Below, one piece after another: positions 9,916-19,182 of a DNA stretch of 64,000 bases. Numbering within the stretch: position 1 is the first letter of the stretch; each line of letters begins with the position of its first letter. Source of the DNA: Candidatus Poribacteria bacterium (GTDB lineage Bacteria; Poribacteria; WGA-4E; WGA-3G); NCBI GenBank assembly GCA_965262955.1, contig CBDHGE010000001.1, positions 3,103,637 through 3,167,636 of the forward strand, given 5' to 3'. Both the position numbers and the translations under genes were made by a program. The notes under the pieces are model-generated. The model did not search any database, had not been told where the DNA came from, and saw nothing but the letters and a program-made list of their open reading frames with translations.

Positions 9916-10974
9916 ATGGAACCCGTAAAAGTGGGTGTGATTGGGTGTGGTGTCATCGGAAGCAGACATCTCAGTATTGCCTCGGATGCACCGCACATTG
10001 AGTTGGTCGCTGCGGCAGACCTGATTGAGGCGAACAGAACCACTGCTGCTGAACGCTTCAATCCACCCAAAATGTATACAAACGACATTGACCTGCTTGA
10101 TGACGATGAAGTTGAAGCAGTTGTCTTGGCATTTCCAACGCAGTACCGGACTGAGGTAGCCTTACGGGCGTTTGAGAGAGGTAAGCATGTTCTGATTGAA
10201 AAACCGATCGCCATGAACGCTGCTGAAGTTGAGAAACTCATCGCTGCGCGAGGTGATTTAGTCTCAGGATGCTGCTCATCCCGAAAGCGTTTTACACCAT
10301 CCGCGCAGCTCGCAACGCAACTGATTACCACTGGTGGTTTGGGCGAGCTGCGGACCGTCTACTGCCGCGCTATCATAGGAGCAAGGGAAAAACCGGATAC
10401 ACCGCGCCCTGCTTGGCGATTAATCAAGGCACTCAACGGAGGCGGCATCCTCGTTAACTGGGGATGTTACGATCTTGATTATCTACTCGGCATTACAGGC
10501 TGGAACCTCAAACCGCAAACTGTATTTGCCCAGACGTGGACCGTGCCTCAAGTCTTTAAATCGCACATCGCTCCCGGTTCCGATGCCGAAACGCACTACA
10601 CCGCACTCATCCGATGCGAAGGCGATATTGTTCTAAGCGTGGAACGAGGCGAGTTTATGACAATGCATTCGCATGCAGATTGGGAAATTATCGGCACTGA
10701 AGGCTCTCTTAAACTAAATATGCAGGATGGAAAACCGGACAGCGTCATCCACAATCGCACGACTACAGAAGGCGGCGTAGAGTCTACATCCCTCTCTGAC
10801 GCAGATGAAACGACTGAGGCACACCATAGCACGCCGTTGTCCGATTTCGCTGCCGCTATCCGAGAAAAACGACAACCCTCAACGAGTTTGGAAAAAGCCC
10901 TTGTTGTTCAGAAAATAACCGATGCTATTTACACTTCCGCAGAGACAGGAAAAGCTGTGGAGATAGGAGAATGA
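9916..10974 (+). CDS. Gfo/Idh/MocA-family NAD(P)-dependent oxidoreductase
   Basis: VKVGVIGCGVIGSRHL Rossmann motif, EKPIAMN, C-terminal alpha/beta domain. Start moved to ATG 9916 (AAAGGA RBS). The ORF track start 9847 adds 23 non-conserved residues. Confidence 0.85.
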   Translation: MEPVKVGVIGCGVIGSRHLSIASDAPHIELVAAADLIEANRTTAAERFNPPKMYTNDIDLLDDDEVEAVVLAFPTQYRTEVALRAFERGKHVLIEKPIAMNAAEVEKLIAARGDLVSGCCSSRKRFTPSAQLATQLITTGGLGELRTVYCRAIIGAREKPDTPRPAWRLIKALNGGGILVNWGCYDLDYLLGITGWNLKPQTVFAQTWTVPQVFKSHIAPGSDAETHYTALIRCEGDIVLSVERGEFMTMHSHADWEIIGTEGSLKLNMQDGKPDSVIHNRTTTEGGVESTSLSDADETTEAHHSTPLSDFAAAIREKRQPSTSLEKALVVQKITDAIYTSAETGKAVEIGE

Positions 10975-10976
10975 AC

Positions 10977-11735
10977 ATGAAATTCCGTATATTCGTAGGA
11001 TTGTGCACTATTTGCCTTAGTCTCATTATCGTCTCACTCGGCAATGCTGAAATTAATCTTGACGATTTTGCTGGTATATGGCTCTTTGATGAAGGTAAAG
11101 GTCAGGTTGTTAAAGATTTTACTGAGAATGGGAATGATGGTGAATTTGACGGACCCAAATGGATAGATGGGCAGTTCGGCAAGGCACTGGAATTCGATGG
11201 AAGCCCTAAGTATGTCATTATTGAACATAACGACCTTTTCAACTTCGAGGATGATGACTTTACTGTCGGATGTTGGATGAACTCGGAGAATAAAGATGCT
11301 TACGTCGTCATTAAACGGAACGGTGGTGCCGGTTTTTGGGCGATGAGTTCAAGCATTGATAGAGACACCGGCTTTTTCATCTTTGAGGGTGGTGGACAAC
11401 ACATTGACGATGGTAAAACCGATATTGTTGGAGGAGGTTGGCATCACACTGTCGCTGTTCGTAAAGACGGTGTTATTTCCCTATATGTAGATGGCGAGCT
11501 GGAAACCGAGCGAAACGTCGGCGCGAATATGGATAATCCCGCTATTCTGAAATTCGGTGGTTGGGGAAGTGAGAACCTCATCGGCGGATTGGATGAAGTA
11601 TTTATCACGAAAAAGGGCGTAGCGTTGGAAGAAGAGGATATCCAACTCCTTGCCGAGGAAGGTTGGGAAGTCGCCTTAGATGTTTCCGCAAAAGGAAAAA
11701 TGGCAACCACGTGGGCAAGGCTAAAAGCCCAATAA
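10977..11735 (+). CDS. Secreted LamG-like (Laminin_G_3) protein, paralog 2
   Basis: LDDFAGIWLFDEGKGQVVKDFTENGNDGEFDGPKWIDGQFGKALEFDGSPKYV..., C-terminal MATTWARLKAQ. The TGA of the upstream oxidoreductase (10972..10974) overlaps the first ATG (10971). The second ATG (10977) has better AGGAGA spacing. Translationally coupled to the oxidoreductase. Confidence 0.7.
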   Translation: MKFRIFVGLCTICLSLIIVSLGNAEINLDDFAGIWLFDEGKGQVVKDFTENGNDGEFDGPKWIDGQFGKALEFDGSPKYVIIEHNDLFNFEDDDFTVGCWMNSENKDAYVVIKRNGGAGFWAMSSSIDRDTGFFIFEGGGQHIDDGKTDIVGGGWHHTVAVRKDGVISLYVDGELETERNVGANMDNPAILKFGGWGSENLIGGLDEVFITKKGVALEEEDIQLLAEEGWEVALDVSAKGKMATTWARLKAQ

Positions 11736-11789
11736 ACGACATCTATACCTTAAGGCGCGCCTTACACACGCCTATAAAAATCGGCAAAT

Positions 11790-12776
11790 CTATACAAAAA
11801 ATTTCTCAGCAACTTGGGTTATAAAATTTTTGCCCATAACGCGATAGCCCTCCGCATCGGGGTGTAGGTCATCCGGGAGCAGGTGGACGTAGTCCTCCCC
11901 AAATACACTTAACCCGTCAACGTAATGGACCTGATTATCGCCGTGTCCCTGAAGGGCTTCGGCGGCGGCTTGTACCTCTTCACGCATTCCTTTCAGATGG
12001 AACCCTACGGCGTTTGCAGTCTCCTCCCGCGGTGGTGAACAAATAGGCGACATCAACACGAGTGGGATGTCTGGATGCTTCTCACGAACAATCTGAACTG
12101 CACCGATAATCGCTGGACGGAACGCTCGCGGTCCTAAACTCGACGCACCTTGGATATTAATACCGACACACATTGAGATGTAATCAGCAGATAGGTCACG
12201 AATCATCCGTGCTACCATGGCATCGAGATGACACTGCCCACCGTAACCAAGACAAGTTAAATTCAACCCACGTTCACGTGCAACAATCGCTGGCCACGTC
12301 TGCGTCGCCGATGCTGCTGTTCGGCACTGCGTGATGGAGCTGCCGTAAGTCACCCACCGTTTTCGTGGGTCTGTAACCGAGTCCAAAGTTGCCCCGTCAT
12401 CAATTTCTAAGCTGCGGAGTTGAAAACTTCCGAATTGCGGCAGCCACAACTCAATCAGTTTTTCCCCATCGGACAAATTGTCAAAAACAAAACTGTCTTT
12501 TTGAGTCAGGTCGAGCGATGCTACGACTTCACCATCACAACAAAGGTCAAGTATACCGCTTTCATTTTGTGGAACGATATTGCCTGAAACCTGTGTCGTA
12601 TTGCTCCGAAAACTAATGCGAACCCCTGCAGGCATTGCCGAGCGTTCAAGTAACGGCTCAGGGAATAGGACATGCATCGGGTGCGGTGTGCGCCACGGCA
12701 TCACCCAGTCTTCAGTTTTTTGTAAGGAGATGCTCCCCTGCCAAGTCAATTGGGGTGCATCCGGCTTCAATTGCAT
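11790..12776 (-). CDS. SGNH/GDSL-like hydrolase (putative carbohydrate esterase) with N-terminal beta-sandwich region
   Basis: WVTYGSSITQC (GDSx-type nucleophile block), ...YISMCVGINIQG..., PDDLHPDAEGY (catalytic D-x-x-H block). Confidence 0.55.
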   Translation of the reverse strand: MQLKPDAPQLTWQGSISLQKTEDWVMPWRTPHPMHVLFPEPLLERSAMPAGVRISFRSNTTQVSGNIVPQNESGILDLCCDGEVVASLDLTQKDSFVFDNLSDGEKLIELWLPQFGSFQLRSLEIDDGATLDSVTDPRKRWVTYGSSITQCRTAASATQTWPAIVARERGLNLTCLGYGGQCHLDAMVARMIRDLSADYISMCVGINIQGASSLGPRAFRPAIIGAVQIVREKHPDIPLVLMSPICSPPREETANAVGFHLKGMREEVQAAAEALQGHGDNQVHYVDGLSVFGEDYVHLLPDDLHPDAEGYRVMGKNFITQVAEKFFV

Positions 12777-12803
12777 TATATTCTCCTCTACGCATAGGGG
12801 TTG

Positions 12804-13616
12804 TTACATCGCATCGACTATAGCGCGCAGTTGCCGTACGCCTCTCAACATATCTTCTGGTTGTCCCCAGTGTTCGATACTCGCCGAACCCGTGAACCCG
12901 TCAGCAGCCAGAGTTTCCAGCAGCTCCTCATAGTGCAATCCTGTATCACCAATAGGATTCAGATTTTTCTCACTGTTTGGTTTTACATGCACATGCCGCA
13001 CCAATCCCTTAATATGTGCGTATCCTTCCGGTAATGGATTTTCTCCACAATGTAACCCGTTATTGACATCCCAACAGGAGGTAAGTGCTGGGCTATTTCC
13101 GAGCGCGTTGATGACAGCACGTGTCTCTTCACACGTTCCGGCAAGACATGCACTTTCGTTTTCAAAGCAGAGCGTAACATCCCCACTCTCTGCAACCGGG
13201 ACGACAAGTGAGAGTTTTTCCACGATACGTTCCATGTAGTCATTAATGTCTGGGCGCGGCGCGCCTTTAATACGGCGATTCGGATTCCAAAATGTAAATC
13301 CACGAATAACTTGGGTATCAAACGCTTGTGCCAGTGTCACCATCCGATCAAAGTACTTTCGGTGTTGATCATATTCTTCGGGATCGTCAATTGAGCATTT
13401 CCCAAAAGGGGACCCAACACTCGCAACCCGGACGTTGTAAGTGCTGAGCACATCCTGAACGCGTTTGACATCGTCATCGTCAATTTCGGTTACGTGTTTG
13501 CCCCAAACACCGCCGCGTATTTCAACAGTGTTGGCACCGGCTTCAACGCCGAGTTTAATGGCTTCCTCAAAATCGGTTTTAGAAACTTCGTCAGCAAAAT
13601 AGCAGACGTCAATCAT
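12804..13616 (-). CDS. Sugar phosphate isomerase/epimerase (xylose-isomerase-like TIM barrel)
   Basis: MIDVCYFADEVSKTDFEEAIKLGVEAGANTVEIRG..., family-typical metal-ligand His/Glu/Asp pattern. Confidence 0.8.
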   Translation of the reverse strand: MIDVCYFADEVSKTDFEEAIKLGVEAGANTVEIRGGVWGKHVTEIDDDDVKRVQDVLSTYNVRVASVGSPFGKCSIDDPEEYDQHRKYFDRMVTLAQAFDTQVIRGFTFWNPNRRIKGAPRPDINDYMERIVEKLSLVVPVAESGDVTLCFENESACLAGTCEETRAVINALGNSPALTSCWDVNNGLHCGENPLPEGYAHIKGLVRHVHVKPNSEKNLNPIGDTGLHYEELLETLAADGFTGSASIEHWGQPEDMLRGVRQLRAIVDAM

Positions 13617-13639
13617 ATCAAATAGACTCCTTTGGCAAT

Positions 13640-14281
13640 TTACAGTTCTTTTAGTTCTGCGAGAATATGATCAGGACCGGTGCGAGTTCCAAACGTATCC
13701 AGGAATTTTGATACGACACGCCCTTCCTGATTGATAATGTAGGTTGCTGGACGTGCTATATCCGTGTCGCTCGGGTCAACGACATTGTAGGCAGCGATTA
13801 CCACCATGTCTGTATCTACGAGTAAGGGGTACGTAAGTTCAAGCGTCTTTTGTGTTGAGTCAACAACCGTCAGAGGATCGGCACTCATGGCGATCAGTGC
13901 AGCACCTTCCGCTTGAATGTCTGCATAACCAGTTTGCAACTCACCGAGTTGCAGACGACAGTTGCCTCACGTGCCTGTACGGTAGAAGACAATGACCAGT
14001 TTTTGTCCCTTGTACTGCGAAAGATTGTGGGTATTTCCCTTGCTATCTGGTAGGGAAAAATCAGGTGCAAGTGCCCCAATATCTAATCCCTCGCCCGGAG
14101 GGAGTTGTTCAGCTGCCTCCTCTGGTAATGTTATGAGATCTGTTGTTCGTTCGGCGTTGTCGCAAGCAAGACATAAGAAAATGAGAGCACTTAATAGAAA
14201 TGAGAAGCCTATTAAATTAGCCTTGTGCGAAAACAGCGATTTCAAGTTTGCCAGGTAATCGTCCATCAGTTTGAGTTCCAT
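13640..14281 (-). CDS. Selenocysteine-containing AhpC/TSA-redoxin (peroxiredoxin/thiol-disulfide oxidoreductase-like) lipoprotein. In-frame UGA (13967..13969) read as Sec.
   Basis: ORF-track fragments 13967..14281 and 13640..13939 are in the same frame. Own translation across the TGA: ...APDFSLPDSKGNTHNLSQYKGQKLVIVFYRTGT-U-GNCRLQLGELQTGYADIQAEGAALIAMSADP..., i.e. a redoxin fold with U-x-x-C in place of CxxC. N-terminal lipobox FLCLAC. SECIS-like hairpin follows the UGA. An alternative start at M6 (14266) gives an ATGA overlap with the sulfatase stop. Confidence 0.7.
13935..13953 (-). promoter_or_regulatory. Candidate bacterial SECIS hairpin for the Sec-redoxin (UGCAACUC-GGU-GAGUUGCA: 8-bp stem, G-rich apical loop, 14 nt 3' of UGA)
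   Basis: Perfect inverted repeat tgcaactcaccgagttgca on the + strand. Position and loop composition match bacterial SECIS expectations. Confidence 0.5.
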
Positions 14282-15597
14282 GTTTCTGGTTCTCCTTTAT
14301 CATTTTGTGAGTCCATCCAGTCGCGGACATCAGCGCGCATCTTTTCAAGGATCAGATGCATATCCGTCCTAAAGGCTAAATTGTTGAACTCATACGGATC
14401 CGTCGTTAGGTCATATAGTTCTTCCACTGGATGGTGTTGTGTAAGATAAACGAGTTGCGCCGTTTGAGGATCCACTTCCGCTTTTTCCACCCAACTTTTC
14501 CATACTTCAGCGTGACTCTCTGGAATATCTTCAACTTCAGTAAAGTGGGTTGTCCAACTATTTTGAGGCATCAGATTCAAAATGTATTTGTAACGACTGT
14601 CGCGGACACAACGCTGCGGGAAAATATTCATATTTCCATCGCGGGTGTGCGTACCGTAGATTTTATCTCGGAAGGTTTCCTGCTCTCCAAGTAAGACTTT
14701 CTTAAAACTTCTGCCATCTAAACTGTCAGGCGGGTCGCCGCCTCCAATATCAATGAGTGTTGGTAAAAAGTCAACGTGTGAAATCATCGCATCAGAAACA
14801 GTAGCGGTTGGAATTTCGCCGTGCCATTTCGCAAGGAACGGCAGACGAGTGCCGGTATCATACAGCGTCCATTTACAGTGGGGCCACTCTGCACCGTGGT
14901 CGGTCGTGTAGATAAAGAGCGTATTATCAGAATATCCGTGTGTCTCCAGCATTTTATTAACTTCACCGATGCGGGTGTCCATTGTGGTAATGTCTTGATA
15001 GTAGTTAGCAAGTGCCTTACGAGCGATGGGCGTGTCAGCGATATATGGCGGTAAAGGCAGAGACTCTGGATCATAAATCTTGTTCGGTTCCCATGTAACA
15101 TGGGGGTTGCTATCGCCGAGGATAAGACAGATGGGCTGCCCCGAATTTTCTTGTCGGTGGCTTGAAAGAAAATCTTCGACAGGTGCTGTATCAAGTCCTT
15201 CCGCCCGATATTTCCGATTATTCTCGGCACGCTTTGGAAGGAATCCGCCAATGTATTCAAAGTCAAAGAGGGTTTCCGGTTTAACATGTGTTTTCCCAGC
15301 GATTGCTACGCGATAACCCAGTTCTCGGAGCAACTTAGGCAAAGCTTTGAGATGCGCGTGACACTCGGTATGATTTCCCATCGCTCCGTGCCGAGCCGGA
15401 TAGAGTCCAGTGTAGAGGGTAGAGCGGGACGGAGCACAAGTCGGTGTCGGCGTGAAAGCGTGTGTAAAACGAATCCCTTCTTCTGCAATACTATCCAAGT
15501 GTGGTGTTTGAATATGTTCATTCCCGTAACAACCGAGGTATTCCCAGCCGTGGTCATCGGATAGATAGACGATGATGTTAGGTTTCTTCAATGACAT
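14266..15597 (-). CDS. Arylsulfatase (formylglycine-dependent sulfatase family)
   Basis: PTCAPSRSTLYTGLYPARHG (C-x-P-S-R FGly motif), GKTHV, TTDHG metal-site blocks. Confidence 0.9.
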   Translation of the reverse strand: MSLKKPNIIVYLSDDHGWEYLGCYGNEHIQTPHLDSIAEEGIRFTHAFTPTPTCAPSRSTLYTGLYPARHGAMGNHTECHAHLKALPKLLRELGYRVAIAGKTHVKPETLFDFEYIGGFLPKRAENNRKYRAEGLDTAPVEDFLSSHRQENSGQPICLILGDSNPHVTWEPNKIYDPESLPLPPYIADTPIARKALANYYQDITTMDTRIGEVNKMLETHGYSDNTLFIYTTDHGAEWPHCKWTLYDTGTRLPFLAKWHGEIPTATVSDAMISHVDFLPTLIDIGGGDPPDSLDGRSFKKVLLGEQETFRDKIYGTHTRDGNMNIFPQRCVRDSRYKYILNLMPQNSWTTHFTEVEDIPESHAEVWKSWVEKAEVDPQTAQLVYLTQHHPVEELYDLTTDPYEFNNLAFRTDMHLILEKMRADVRDWMDSQNDKGEPETWNSN

Positions 15598-15600
15598 AGA

Positions 15601-16473
15601 TCAGTCCTTAGCGGGTGGAAACGGTTTCACAGGTTCATTAATTTGATTTCCTCTTGGGATAGGTTCCGGTGGAAATTGCGTGAAAATCTCACCATTCTTC
15701 ATCGCCCATCGGGCGTTGGGGAAGAAGCGTTTGTTCCTCCCAGCAATCTCTGGATTTGTCCAAACGCCAGCAACGGCAACACGACTCTGCTCACTTTTGT
15801 TTGGTGGACTGTAGTGCCACATATTACTGTGCCAAAAGACAACGTCTCCAGTCCCTAATTCAATATGGCGTACACCGTGCTTTTCGATCATCTCCTGAAC
15901 GGCTTTGCGTGGCAATTCACCGTGAATACTGTCTGGGTATAGGACGTGTTCGATAATCTCGGTTTTGTGACTGCTCGGTATAAACTGCATGCATCCGTTT
16001 TCGCGAGTTGCAGGTTCAAGTGCTACCCAGAAATTGAGAGGTTCAGTATCGCCATCTCGCCAGAGTCCGTTGTCTTGGTGCCACGGGGTTGCAGCACCTG
16101 TGCGCGCCGGTTTGAGGAAGCTACTATTGAATTTCACAATCACGTCGTCTCCCAAAAAATAGCGGGCAATGTTCAGCATGGCAGGACCGGTATGGATATT
16201 GTGCCATATCAGCGGAGATTGAACACAGAAATTAGCGAGTTTACGGTAGCGTGCGATGCGTCCTTGCGGTGAGTCCTCCATCGGGTTCATTGGATCGAAA
16301 TCGGCAAACTCGCCAGGGTTGGGCAGCATAAGCACGTTGCGAATGACGCCGCGGAGTTGTGCTGCCAAATCTTCTGAGATAACATTGCGCTCAATAAAAT
16401 AGCCTTCACTCTCATATCGCGCTTTTTGTGCAGCGGTTGGTTGCCAGTTTCGCATGAAAATGTTTCCAGTCAT
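15601..16473 (-). CDS. Phytanoyl-CoA dioxygenase (PhyH) family Fe(II)/2OG oxygenase, tandem copy A
   Basis: WHQDNGLWRDG...FWVALEPATRENGCMQFIPSSHK...VFWHSNMWHYSPPN (HxD...H facial triad). About 88% identical to 16511..17422. Likely true start is M7 (16455), by alignment with the paralog. Confidence 0.85.
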   Translation of the reverse strand: MTGNIFMRNWQPTAAQKARYESEGYFIERNVISEDLAAQLRGVIRNVLMLPNPGEFADFDPMNPMEDSPQGRIARYRKLANFCVQSPLIWHNIHTGPAMLNIARYFLGDDVIVKFNSSFLKPARTGAATPWHQDNGLWRDGDTEPLNFWVALEPATRENGCMQFIPSSHKTEIIEHVLYPDSIHGELPRKAVQEMIEKHGVRHIELGTGDVVFWHSNMWHYSPPNKSEQSRVAVAGVWTNPEIAGRNKRFFPNARWAMKNGEIFTQFPPEPIPRGNQINEPVKPFPPAKD

Positions 16474-16510
16474 TTAGACAACAACGTCTCTTTTCTTCGA
16501 TGATATAAGA

Positions 16511-17422
16511 TTAGTAGCCCTTAGCGGATGGGAACGGCTTCGGTGCTTTAGCAGTTTGATGTTCCATCTGGACAGCTTCCGGTGGAAATTGTGTGCACAC
16601 CTCACCGTTTTTCATCGCCCATCGGAAGTGTCCCCAGAAGCGTTTACTAATCTTGGTGATCTCTGGATTTGTCCAGACACCGGCAACGGCAACACGGCTC
16701 TTCTCACTCCGATTGGGTGGGCTATAATGCCACATATTACTGTGCCAAAAGACAACGTCTCCGGTACCTAACTCGATGTGATGTACACCGTGCTTTTCTA
16801 TCATCTTCCGAACCTCCTCACGCGGAAGTTCGCCGTGGATGCTATCTGGGTATAACACGTGTTCAATAATCTCAGTTTTATGGCTGCCGGGTATAAACTG
16901 CATGCATCCATTTTCTCGGGTTGCTGGCTCAAGCGGCGTCCAAAAATTGAAAGGTTCAGTTTCACCATCTCGCCAGAGTCCGTTGTCTTGATGCCACGGG
17001 GTCGCGGCACCAGTACGCGCTGGTTTAAGGAAGCAACTATTAAACTTCATGATGATATCGTCGCCAAGGAAATAACGGGCGATGTTGAGAAGGGCAGGAC
17101 CCGCAAAGGTGTTGTGCCATATCAATGGGGCTTGGACACAAAAGTTGTTAAGTTTACGGTAGCGTGCAATGCGTCCTTGTGGTGAGTCTTCCATTGGATC
17201 CATGGGATCGAAATCAACAAACTCACCCGGGTTGGGCAGCATAAGAACATTCCGAATGACACCACGGAGTTGTGCTGCCAAATCTTCTGAAATAACATTA
17301 CGAAGGATAAAATAACCTTCGTCCTCATATTGTGCTTTTTGTGCAGGCGTTGGTTCCCATCGTTCCATTGTTAATTTCCTTTGCTTCTTTGTGGGGCTGA
17401 TGCGCTTGCGATGCCTACCCAT
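16511..17422 (-). CDS. Phytanoyl-CoA dioxygenase (PhyH) family Fe(II)/2OG oxygenase, tandem copy B
   Basis: Same motifs as copy A. Probable start is MERWEPT at 17368 (AAGGA RBS). The ORF track's 17422 start adds a basic N-extension. Confidence 0.85.
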   Translation of the reverse strand: MGRHRKRISPTKKQRKLTMERWEPTPAQKAQYEDEGYFILRNVISEDLAAQLRGVIRNVLMLPNPGEFVDFDPMDPMEDSPQGRIARYRKLNNFCVQAPLIWHNTFAGPALLNIARYFLGDDIIMKFNSCFLKPARTGAATPWHQDNGLWRDGETEPFNFWTPLEPATRENGCMQFIPGSHKTEIIEHVLYPDSIHGELPREEVRKMIEKHGVHHIELGTGDVVFWHSNMWHYSPPNRSEKSRVAVAGVWTNPEITKISKRFWGHFRWAMKNGEVCTQFPPEAVQMEHQTAKAPKPFPSAKGY

Positions 17423-17544
17423 AAATTACGCAAAGATGCCTTGAACCTGACATTGGAACTCTTCAACAACATCACTATCATCAGAATGTTTAAGAAGTCA
17501 CAGTTTCTTATATGATAACACTTGAGAAGATGTGTGTCAAGCCA

Positions 17545-18288
17545 CTAACGATCCTTAAGTCGTCCCCACGTCGTCGTAAGTAAACCGTTTGGTGAAACAG
17601 GCAGAACCGCCTCTACACCTTCCATCAACGCTCCGATTTCTGCTTCTGTGATACCTCGATCAAAAAAGATAATCTCATCCAATCTACCAATGAATTTCTC
17701 ACCACCAAATGTACCAAACAGCAATTCCGCTGACTGGTCTACATCGCCGCCTTGTTTGGTCGTGGCTTCGAGCGTGCCGTCTACATAAAGTTGCATCTCA
17801 CTTCCATCGTAAAGTCCAACAATATGATACCACTTTTCGGGGTCAATGACGGTTTTTCCCCACACACCGCCGGTAAACCCACCACCCGACCAGATACCGA
17901 ACACATAACCTCCGGGTACTCGCTCAGTTTGTGATTGGACCTCCAATAAATAAGAGCCGTTCCGTCGAATGGCGGTATCGGAAATCCCTTTATTCATATA
18001 GACCCAAGTTGCGATGGTCATCTGATCCTTAAAGTTGAGGCTATCGGAGGGTTCAACCCTCACAACATGCGGTGGTTCAAATTCCAATGCCCCGCCGAAT
18101 TTGCCTTCTGCCCACTTTGCACCGGTAATCGCACCATCGTTCCCGTTGCCCGACGTATCCGCAGCAACTCCACCTTTACCTTCATCAAAAAGCCAAATAC
18201 CAACGGCATCGTCTAACAGTTCTGCAGAGAGTGGACTATTTACTATGCACACACCAATAACGATAGCAAACCAATATATCTGTTTCAT
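17545..18288 (-). CDS. Secreted LamG-like (Laminin_G_3) protein, paralog 3
   Basis: Signal peptide, LLDDAVGIWLFDEGKGGVAADTSGNGNDGAITGAKWAEGKFGGALEFEP..., C-terminal LTTTWGRLKDR. Confidence 0.7.
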   Translation of the reverse strand: MKQIYWFAIVIGVCIVNSPLSAELLDDAVGIWLFDEGKGGVAADTSGNGNDGAITGAKWAEGKFGGALEFEPPHVVRVEPSDSLNFKDQMTIATWVYMNKGISDTAIRRNGSYLLEVQSQTERVPGGYVFGIWSGGGFTGGVWGKTVIDPEKWYHIVGLYDGSEMQLYVDGTLEATTKQGGDVDQSAELLFGTFGGEKFIGRLDEIIFFDRGITEAEIGALMEGVEAVLPVSPNGLLTTTWGRLKDR

Positions 18289-18425
18289 ATCCCTTTCCTC
18301 CCTTAATAGTATATGAGTTTAGCATAAAGTAGGAAATATGTCAAGGATCGCGCCGCTACGGCTACGTCTTTTGCGTTGAATTATTTGGCGGAATGTGATA
18401 GATTAAAAAAAACATACATTATTCT

Positions 18426-19178
18426 GTGAATTGGAAAATGCTGACGCAAGAAATGGTAGCCGATGTTCCATCAGATCCAGGGGTTTACTTCTTTCGCGGA
18501 GTTACAGGGACAATCCTTTATATCGGCAAAGCGAAATGTTTGCGAAAACGGGTACGTTCCTATCTCCATAAGGTAAAAAAACGCCCAAGCAAAATCAAAC
18601 GACTTATTCGGTGGACGACAGGTGTTCGATATCAGGTGTGTCGCTCCGAACAGGAAGCACTCTTCTTAGAGTCGAGGTTAATCCAAGAACATCAGCCGAG
18701 TTATAATACGGCTATGAAGTATGGGCGGCAGTCGTGGTATATTCGGATAGATGTTGGGGACGCATTTCCCCAGCTTGAGCGTGTATCAGAGACACAACCC
18801 GATGACGCGCGGTATTTCGGTCCCCTGTCGAGTCGGCGATGGACGGATGAGGCAATTGATGTTTTACAGCGGATTTTTCCGGTACGCACATGTGAGGGCG
18901 AAATTACACCTACGCCAGGGTTTCGTGCCTGTTTTCAGTATGATTTGAAACGTTGTAATGCACCGTGCGCAGCACTGATTACAAGCAAACTCTATAAAGA
19001 AACGATAACGGATATTGTTAATCTGTTGGATGGCGAGTACGAAGAAGTACAGACGAGTCTGGTTGCAAGACGGGATAATGCGGCGGAGGCACTGCAATTT
19101 GAGCGTGCCGCTGCGTTTCACAAACAACTCCAACGGATTCAGAAAGTGTTTACTTTCCTTGATGTGCATCGGAGGTAA
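18426..19178 (+). CDS. GIY-YIG nuclease resembling the N-terminal half of UvrC (GIY-YIG, Cys-rich region and UvrB-interacting UVR domain). Lacks the C-terminal RNase-H-like/HhH half.
   Basis: PGVYFFRGVTGTILYIGKAKCLRKRVRSY (GIY-YIG), YFGPL...IFPVRTCE, CFQYDLKRCNAPC, UVR-like helix LQFERAAAFHKQLQRIQKV. 250 aa versus about 600 for full UvrC. GTG start as called. Confidence 0.7.
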   Translation: MNWKMLTQEMVADVPSDPGVYFFRGVTGTILYIGKAKCLRKRVRSYLHKVKKRPSKIKRLIRWTTGVRYQVCRSEQEALFLESRLIQEHQPSYNTAMKYGRQSWYIRIDVGDAFPQLERVSETQPDDARYFGPLSSRRWTDEAIDVLQRIFPVRTCEGEITPTPGFRACFQYDLKRCNAPCAALITSKLYKETITDIVNLLDGEYEEVQTSLVARRDNAAEALQFERAAAFHKQLQRIQKVFTFLDVHRR

Positions 19179-19182
19179 CCGA

